Assembly: GCA_002171125.1 (NCBI GenBank)
Contig: NHHK01000020.1
Coordinates: forward strand, 7,629 to 71,628
Reading direction: 5' to 3'
DNA: 64,000 nt
Source: a bacterium TMED161
GTDB taxonomy: Bacteria; Fidelibacterota; Marinisomatia; SCGC-AAA003-L08; D37C17
The position numbers and the translations under genes were made by a program. This document shows, piece by piece, positions 58,153 through 64,000 of this stretch (position 1 is the first letter of the stretch; each line of letters starts with the position of its first letter). The notes under the pieces were generated by a model. That model did no database searches. It was not told the origin of the DNA and saw only the letters and a program-made list of their open reading frames with translations.

Positions 58153-58353
58153 TTAACGCAGAAATACATATATTAATGCAAAAAAGGCCAATAAATAAAA
58201 TGCTAGCCATTTATTTTTATTTGAAGACTTACCTAGATTCTGTTCTTTTTTTTGCTTATCCATAATATCTCTAATATCATCATTTTCTTTTGCCATCTTT
58301 ATATTTTCCTTTTTTACCTCTATTCTACAAGTATCTAATTTATTTGTTCCCAA
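58153..58353 (-). CDS. Hypothetical small tail-anchored membrane protein
   Basis: Charged N-terminal part and one C-terminal TM helix (WLAFYLLAFFALIYVFL). The start may be the internal ATG at 58296. Confidence 0.35.
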   Translation of the reverse strand: MGTNKLDTCRIEVKKENIKMAKENDDIRDIMDKQKKEQNLGKSSNKNKWLAFYLLAFFALIYVFLR

Positions 58354-58410
58354 TGTATTTATTCCTCTATAATTAAATTTACTAAGAATATGATATCAAT
58401 TATAAAAACA

Positions 58411-58438
58411 AAAAGCTCCTTTACTATAAGGAGCTTTT
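58411..58438 (-). terminator. Rho-independent terminator after the tRNA-Ser pair
   Basis: AAAAGCTCCTT-actat-AAGGAGCTTTT palindrome with T-runs on both strands. It lies 12 nt downstream of the tRNA-Ser(GCU) 3' end. Confidence 0.65.
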
Positions 58439-58450
58439 GTCTTTTCTTTG

Positions 58451-58536
58451 CGGAGAGTACGTGATTTGAACACGTGCATCCCTATTCAAGGATGACGGAT
58501 TAGCAATCCGCTGCATTACCACTCTGCCAACTCTCC
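58451..58536 (-). tRNA. tRNA-Ser(GCU)
   Basis: Reverse complement GGAGAGTTGGCAGAGTGGTAATGC..: anticodon loop TTGCTAA, long variable arm CATCCTTGAATAGGGATG, T-loop TTCAAAT, acceptor GGAGAGT/ACTCTCC. Confidence 0.9.
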
Positions 58537-58540
58537 AGTG

Positions 58541-58621
58541 CGGAAGGGACAGGATTCGAACCTGCAACCCCAGTGGGGCGACGGTTTTCAAGACCGCTTG
58601 ACAGCCGTTGTCCACCCTTCC
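58541..58621 (-). tRNA. tRNA-Ser(UGA)
   Basis: Reverse complement GGAAGGGTGGACAACGGCTGTCAAGCGGTCTTGAAAACCGT..: anticodon loop CTTGAAA, variable arm with a CCCC/GGGG stem, T-loop TTCGAAT, acceptor GGAAGGG/CCCTTCC. Its first base overlaps the stop codon of the cytochrome c gene. Confidence 0.85.
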
Positions 58622-58947
58622 TATTTAAACGTTTTTAAATACTCATGTAAATCAGGAATTTTATCCTTTAAATTAGGAAGAGCTGCCATTTGATGGTCTG
58701 GCCATTTTTTTATTCTTCCTTCAGGATGTTTTCCTGTCATAATCATACTTCTAATCAGCTCTAAGTCTGAACCTGCAATATCTGGAGCTAAAGCACCAAC
58801 TTTTCGAGGGTCCAAGTTATGACAAGATAGGCATACTGTCCTATAAATCTTTTCACCTCGATAATAAGCTTCAGATTGACCAGAAGACTTATTACCTCCG
58901 CAGCCAATAAAAATAAGTATGAAACAAATTATAAAAAACTTAATCAA
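58621..58947 (-). CDS. Monoheme class I c-type cytochrome lipoprotein
   Basis: Lipobox ILIFIG-C, a single CLSCH heme motif, and a distal Met region (SMIMTGKHPEG). Confidence 0.8.
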   Translation of the reverse strand: MIKFFIICFILIFIGCGGNKSSGQSEAYYRGEKIYRTVCLSCHNLDPRKVGALAPDIAGSDLELIRSMIMTGKHPEGRIKKWPDHQMAALPNLKDKIPDLHEYLKTFK

Positions 58948-59622
58948 TTATATATAGCAATGACTACAATACAATACTAATGTTAATAAAAGACCACAAT
59001 GAATAACGCCTTTTACACTAGTTATTGGTCCCATTTTCCCTTTAATAGCATTAGCTTCAATCAATAATATAATTATTGTTGAAAAGATTAGAGCTGACTG
59101 CGATGTGGAATCTGCACCTAATCCTCTTGCTGCACCCATAAAAAATAACATTGGAATAGAGAATAGCGTATTAGTTCTAGATGCTAAACCAGCTCTACCA
59201 AGAGCCGCCGCAGCCGTTGGATCAGCTTCACCTCCAGCAGCAACACTTTCAGAAGAGGCAATAACTATCTTCTGAGCAGGCCAAATAATTAGCCAAACAT
59301 TTAAGAACATTAATGTACCCATTAATGCACCTGTATAAATATATACATTGTATGTAAGACTAAAGTCTGGATGACCTTGGGGAAGTAACATAGCTACACC
59401 AGATAGGAATGTAAACATAGCACCCCATCTAAACCACCATAATGCACGAGGAACTAGAGTCCTAATTGCCACACCTTTAGTTTGGTCTTCAATTTCCTTA
59501 AACCATTCACCTTGAATGAAATTAAAATAATAAAGAACCCCAATCCATGTTATACCAGCAAGGAAATGGATCCATTTGAAAATAAAAAAACCTAAACCAA
59601 GATATAAGAAGAAATCATTCAT
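58948..59622 (-). CDS. Polytopic membrane protein resembling the PuuD / Urate_ox_N (HemJ/CopD-like) superfamily
   Basis: FKWIHFLAGITWIGVLYYFNF, LWWFRWGAMFTFLSG, GALMGTLMFLNVWLIIWPAQ and SRTNTLFSIPMLFFMG resemble conserved blocks of the PuuD N-terminal membrane domain (from memory). Its stop abuts the cytochrome c start. Confidence 0.5.
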   Translation of the reverse strand: MNDFFLYLGLGFFIFKWIHFLAGITWIGVLYYFNFIQGEWFKEIEDQTKGVAIRTLVPRALWWFRWGAMFTFLSGVAMLLPQGHPDFSLTYNVYIYTGALMGTLMFLNVWLIIWPAQKIVIASSESVAAGGEADPTAAAALGRAGLASRTNTLFSIPMLFFMGAARGLGADSTSQSALIFSTIIILLIEANAIKGKMGPITSVKGVIHCGLLLTLVLYCSHCYI

Positions 59623-59640
59623 ATTAAGCCCCTTTTTTTA

Positions 59641-60285
59641 TTATAAAGATTCTGAGTTTTCAGTTAAATAACTTGAAACACCTTCAGGAGATTCAGCCAT
59701 AGCATTGTCACCATCTTTCCATCCAGCAGGACATACTTCACCATGTTTTTGATGATGAGATAATGCATCTATCATTCTAAGCATCTCATCAATATTTCTA
59801 CCTAAAGGTAAATCGTTTAGAACGGCATGTCTAACTATGCCTTCTTCATCAATTAAGAATGAACCTCTTAATGCCACACCACCACCAACAGTCGTAGTCT
59901 CAGCACTATCTTCTGTTTCAACATAAGCTTCAGTAGCACCTGTCAAAACATCGTAATTTCTTGCGATTGACTTATCTAAATCTTGAAGTAATGGATATTT
60001 TACTTGTCCAATACCACCATTATTAACATCTGTGTTTTTCCAAGCTAAATGAGACCATCTTGAATCAACAGAACAACCGATTACCTGCGTATTTCTAGAT
60101 TCAAATTCTGACAATCTTTTATCAAATGCTAAAAGCTCTGTTGGACAAACAAAAGTGAAGTCTAAGGGATAAAAGAATAAAACTACTTTTTTACCTTTAT
60201 AATCCTCAAGGCTTACTGTGTCTATTGAATTATCTGGCATAACAGCCATCGTTTTAAAATTTGGTGCTGGTTTTGTTACTAGCAT
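59641..60285 (-). CDS. Typical 2-Cys peroxiredoxin (AhpC/Prx1 type) with an internal insertion
   Basis: Peroxidatic FYPLDFTFVCPTE and resolving HGEVCPAGW. An extra acidic/Thr-rich segment EAYVETEDSAETTTVGGG lies before the LRGSFLID strand. Confidence 0.9.
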   Translation of the reverse strand: MLVTKPAPNFKTMAVMPDNSIDTVSLEDYKGKKVVLFFYPLDFTFVCPTELLAFDKRLSEFESRNTQVIGCSVDSRWSHLAWKNTDVNNGGIGQVKYPLLQDLDKSIARNYDVLTGATEAYVETEDSAETTTVGGGVALRGSFLIDEEGIVRHAVLNDLPLGRNIDEMLRMIDALSHHQKHGEVCPAGWKDGDNAMAESPEGVSSYLTENSESL

Positions 60286-60376
60286 TGTATCTCCTTAATT
60301 ATTTATAAAATTATTAGCATATAATTGAAATGTAATTTATGTAAGAAAAAATGAAATTTAAAAGAATAGTTCTATA

Positions 60377-61840
60377 TTATCTAGCACCAATGATTAAATC
60401 TTTAATTGTTTGATAGTTTTCACCGCAAGTTGAGTTTGGATCAGGATTATTTCCAGTTAGGTTTAATCGTGATACTTCATAACCTTGTTTGTTGACAATA
60501 ACAAGATCTCTTAAAGTGATATCCCAATTGCCCCATATATCTACATCTTCAAGACATCCATATACAAACTCAATACATTCTCCATGGAACCAGGTATATC
60601 CATTTTCAATACATTCAGTTTCACCTAAAAGATTCCACTGAATTTGATCACCTACTCCCCAAGAGTGGTTATTCTCTTCGCAATCTAATTGATTATCATA
60701 TTCTTCAATAATAATAGCTGGGACATCCTGTACCCATGGAAGAATTCTTTCTTCAGTACAATTAGAACATTCATCTAGAGTATCACATATCATGCAATGA
60801 TAATCATTATTTATATATGCATATCCATTAACACCTACAAACTTAATATCATCATATCCTTCTTCAACTAAATCTAAATACATATCATTTAAAACACCGA
60901 ACCGGTGTCGACATAGACTTCAGCCAGCCTTCCCAAAATAATAAACAGATACATATTGATCTTCAATATATGAGCTTGGACCTATAGTTTCACCATAATC
61001 TGGGAAATAATATTCTGAGTTTGGGTTAATATCTTCAAGGGACCAATCATAAACTGTATCTAAGCTAGGCTCAGAATCATCAGTTTCAAAAATTTGTTCT
61101 CCAAATATTTTCATACATCCAACTTGACCTGTTAATGTCTCAGACCAATCGATACCCATATTAGTACTAGTTGAATATGTGAAATCCTCTTCTGAAAGGA
61201 GCCACAATGCTTCATCTCCATTATTTTTTGGATTGACTGATAGCCAATAGGATGCAAATGGTTCCAATAATATGCAGTCAGAATCACCTGTAAAAACATA
61301 GTATTCACGAGCAGTATTTTCACTAATTATTAATTCCCAACTACCTAAAATATCTCCTGGAGAGTTAAAATTATCTTGATGTAGGTGAATTTCAAATAAT
61401 CCCTGCCCGTCTAGGTCACCTGTTTCCAAAATTACAGAGAATGCCTCAAAAGTATATTCTACAAAAGTTGTAAATTTAACAGCTGCAGATAAACCTTCTT
61501 GGCATAAATTGGATGAATTTGATCCATCTAGTATCATGCCTACTAGAATAATTACATCTAAAACATCAATATTTGTATCTTCATTAATATCAGAAACTAT
61601 AGCTTCTTCAGTTGTTGGATTAGAATTACCTAAAATGAAACTTACAATACTAACAACATCTAAAACATCGAGATTAAAATCATTATTAATGTCTCCAATA
61701 TTATTTTCTTCAAATTGATTACAAGTTATATTCCATCCTACACCTAACTCAGGTGGAGTACCTGTATTGAAAATAGTGGATCTATCATTTTGTGAAAATG
61801 ATAAAGAAATAAATAATATAGTAATAAATAATTTCTTCAT
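60377..61840 (-). CDS. Candidate selenoprotein: signal peptide, dockerin-type repeats, beta-rich domain and a TlpA/redoxin-like thioredoxin fold with U-x-x-C (in-frame TGA at 60920-60922)
   Basis: Tracked ORFs 60920..61888 and 60377..60883 share one frame and are separated only by a TGA plus 12 sense codons. Read-through gives VSVYYFGKAG-U-SLCRHRFGVLNDMYLDLVEEGYDDIKFVGVNG. A hairpin starts 11 nt after the TGA. The likely start is the ATG at 61840 (MKKLFITILFISLSFS). Confidence 0.65.
60894..60908 (-). promoter_or_regulatory. SECIS-like hairpin downstream of TGA 60922-60920
   Basis: In minus sense: ACACC-GGUUC-GGUGU (or a 6-bp stem ACACCG/CGGUGU with a GUU loop). The spacer from the TGA is exactly 11 nt (AGUCUAUGUCG). 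Confidence 0.55.
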
Positions 61841-61884
61841 ATCTAAAGATAATACAAAGATCCTATAATTGTCAAATAGGTATA

Positions 61885-64000
61885 TCATTTTATTTCTATA
61901 GAATATGGCAGCATCATTAATGCACCTTCTTTGCTTATTTCATTAATATCAATTAAAAATTGATATTCTTTAGGCATTTCTGAAAAAAGTATTTTGTTTG
62001 AAAATAATGAGCTATTTAATAATTCTTTTTTTAGATTTTCTGTTAAGTCTCTTTTAGGATATTCAATGATATTTACATTTTTAATATTTTCAATACCTGC
62101 TTCTTTAGCAGCTAGAATAATTGCATCATCAATTCCCCCAATTTCATCAACTAAAAAATTTGATTTCGCATCATTTCCTGACCATATGCGTCCCATAGCA
62201 ATATCATCTAATTTATCAATGCTGCTAAGACTATCTCTACCAGTTATAACTCTTGATTTAAATACTAAATAGCTATCATTAATTGATTCTTCTATTTTTT
62301 TAGTTTCATATTCATTACGAAGCCTTGAAGTTGTGTAAAAGTCAGCATGTTCACCTTCTTTAGCAATAACTTCTTTATTTATTCCATATTTATTTAGCAA
62401 GGATGATGTATTGAAATTTAAACCTATTACTCCAATCGATCCTGTTACAGTCGATTCATTTGCAATTATTTTATCTGCCTGACAAGCTATATAATATCCA
62501 CCAGAAGCTGCAACATCTGACATAGAAGCTATAAATGGTTTATTGTTTTCAATATCTTCATTATTGGTTGTCAAGTCAACTTCTCTCCACATTTGATCTG
62601 AAGCAAAAGCTGAACCACCGCCACTATCAATTCTCAAGATAATTGCATCAATATTCTTATCTTCTCTAGCAGACTTAACTGCTTTATTAATAGTTTCATG
62701 ACCCATTACTGTAGAGCCAGATGGACCTTTTTGGCTCTCACCAGGCATAATTCCTCCAACAGCATATATTAGTGCAATATTATTTTTCTTTTGCGGCAAC
62801 CAATCACTTACATATTCTTTGCTTCTATCTATATCTTTCCATTTTACGATTGAATAGTTATAGTCACATTTTTCATCTTTTTCACATGTTGTTATTTCTT
62901 CTAAGTAATCTTCAAATTGATCTGGATACATAGTACTGGTAATTAAATCATTTTCTATAATTTCAGAGGTAATTGAATATGGACCATTATTTATTATGTT
63001 TTTTGTTTTTTGCTCAGACCAGGATCTGCCATTTGAGATTCCTTTAACAAAAATTGAGTATAAATTTTTTAAAAGCTGTCCATAGTTTTCTTTCATTTGT
63101 TCTGTAGCAGTTGATTCTAAAAATGGATCACCTGCTGTTTTATAAGACTCACCATCAATATTAACTCTAAAAACTTCTGGGATTATATTTAGAGTATCAA
63201 GAAAATCTTTATAAAAAGTAACTTCCATTGATAGCCCATGCAAATTTATACCTGTTAAATCATTTATGTATATTTCATCCGCCATTGAAATTAAATAGTA
63301 ATCAGTATTTGATATACCATAATCAGCATAAACGATTATTTTTTTTCCAGAATTTTTAAAAGACATTAAAGCATCATGCATTTCTTGTTTTTTAGAAAAG
63401 CCTGTTCTTACAGTTTTTAAGTCAATAATAAGTCCAGCAACTGAATCATCATTTTTAAATTTTTCGATTTCATTTAGCCACTTGCGTAATTGCTGTCCTC
63501 GTTCTTGATTTAGAAATGAAAATGGGGAAAAAGGGATTTTCCCAGGTTCTTCTTCAATAAAAAGTCCACCTAAATTAAATCTTATATATTTACGATCCTT
63601 TTTATTTGGCTTATTGAAAATATTCGTTTTTTTATGAGTCCTTGTGTAGTAACCAAAACCATATCCATAATCTGAGACTGAAGGTTTAAGCTTATTTATA
63701 TAAAATCCTTCTTTGCCAAAATCAAAACTAATTGATGCAATTAAATCAATATCATCAAAATTGAAATTATCAAAAGATTCTGTATAAAATTGTGACCTAA
63801 ATGAAACTCCATTGCCAATTGTTATATCAAAAAATGGAGAATAAGATGTTATGTCATTTATGTCTTTAAAGTTATATAAAATATCTGTACCTATTGTAAG
63901 TAAATTTGATGAAAATGGTCTAAAACCAAATCCAAATCTTCCTTCTTGTAATTCTTTTAACTCATCGTCAAAATATGTCACTAAGCCTAATGATAGAAAG
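61885..64000 (-). CDS. sppA: Signal peptide peptidase SppA, 67K type (two S49 domains), with an N-terminal extension running off the window
   Basis: The two S49 halves contain DSGGGSAFASDQ and AASGGYYIACQADKIIANESTVTGSIGV. The tracked GTG start is at 63981, but the frame stays open to base 64000, so the N-terminus may be outside the window. Confidence 0.85.
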   Translation of the reverse strand, partial: FLSLGLVTYFDDELKELQEGRFGFGFRPFSSNLLTIGTDILYNFKDINDITSYSPFFDITIGNGVSFRSQFYTESFDNFNFDDIDLIASISFDFGKEGFYINKLKPSVSDYGYGFGYYTRTHKKTNIFNKPNKKDRKYIRFNLGGLFIEEEPGKIPFSPFSFLNQERGQQLRKWLNEIEKFKNDDSVAGLIIDLKTVRTGFSKKQEMHDALMSFKNSGKKIIVYADYGISNTDYYLISMADEIYINDLTGINLHGLSMEVTFYKDFLDTLNIIPEVFRVNIDGESYKTAGDPFLESTATEQMKENYGQLLKNLYSIFVKGISNGRSWSEQKTKNIINNGPYSITSEIIENDLITSTMYPDQFEDYLEEITTCEKDEKCDYNYSIVKWKDIDRSKEYVSDWLPQKKNNIALIYAVGGIMPGESQKGPSGSTVMGHETINKAVKSAREDKNIDAIILRIDSGGGSAFASDQMWREVDLTTNNEDIENNKPFIASMSDVAASGGYYIACQADKIIANESTVTGSIGVIGLNFNTSSLLNKYGINKEVIAKEGEHADFYTTSRLRNEYETKKIEESINDSYLVFKSRVITGRDSLSSIDKLDDIAMGRIWSGNDAKSNFLVDEIGGIDDAIILAAKEAGIENIKNVNIIEYPKRDLTENLKKELLNSSLFSNKILFSEMPKEYQFLIDINEISKEGALMMLPYSIEIK

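Noticed and set aside
58424-58615. ORF 58424-58615 (minus).
   Set aside because: It overlaps the two tRNA-Ser genes and is an artefact of the tRNA sequence.
58541-58621. Possibility that the long-arm tRNA is tRNA-Sec (selC), given the two candidate Sec codons.
   Set aside because: The anticodon loop CTTGAAA gives anticodon UGA (reads UCA, Ser), not UCA. The acceptor stem is 7 bp, not the 8 bp of bacterial tRNA-Sec.
60286-60376. PerR/OxyR-like operator upstream of the peroxiredoxin gene (TTATAAAATTATTA..).
   Set aside because: It matches the PerR consensus only partially and lies in a run of A/T, so it is not distinguishable from background.

Overview
This is a visibly AT-rich, very tightly packed bacterial chromosomal window. 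Many genes overlap their neighbours through ATGA, TAATG or GTGA start/stop junctions. I found no rRNA, CRISPR array, transposase, integrase or phage gene. Recognisable content, in order: a large dockerin-tailed surface protein (cut by the window edge), PduO-type cobalamin adenosyltransferase, a PpiD-like chaperone and tRNA-Ala. Then come a rhodanese/MauE pair and a tRNA Gly-Cys-Leu cluster. A long co-directional gene string follows: pyrD, rlpA-like, cdsA, a seven-gene block of unknown function, lysine catabolism (lat plus ALDH7-type dehydrogenase), rsmI, tmk and an S41 peptidase. After it come tRNA-Val with infC-rpmI-rplT-pheST-zapA-folD, and a tyrosine-catabolism group (aminotransferase, hppD, hmgA, acetoacetyl-CoA synthetase). 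A complete Alternative Complex III (actABCDEF) plus caa3-type cytochrome oxidase supercluster includes two SCO chaperones, ctaB and ctaA. The final minus-strand block holds a PNGase-F-like dockerin protein, flavodoxin, greA, two tRNA-Ser, a cytochrome c, a PuuD-like membrane protein, a peroxiredoxin and SppA. Three observations stand out. (1) Two genes are each interrupted by a single in-frame TGA at a redox-type position (C-G-U and U-x-x-C). Each TGA is followed exactly 11 nt later by a hairpin with a GGU-containing loop, so both are candidate selenoproteins with bacterial SECIS elements. (2) The seven-gene block at 12684-19162 pairs a GlmL/MutL-family ASKHA ATPase with a barrel-hybrid/KOW-like protein and five membrane proteins. 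I cannot assign these to any known machine. (3) Dockerin-type repeats occur on three unrelated secreted proteins. Gene content suggests an uncultured marine FCB-group lineage such as Marinimicrobia. That taxonomic guess is inference only.
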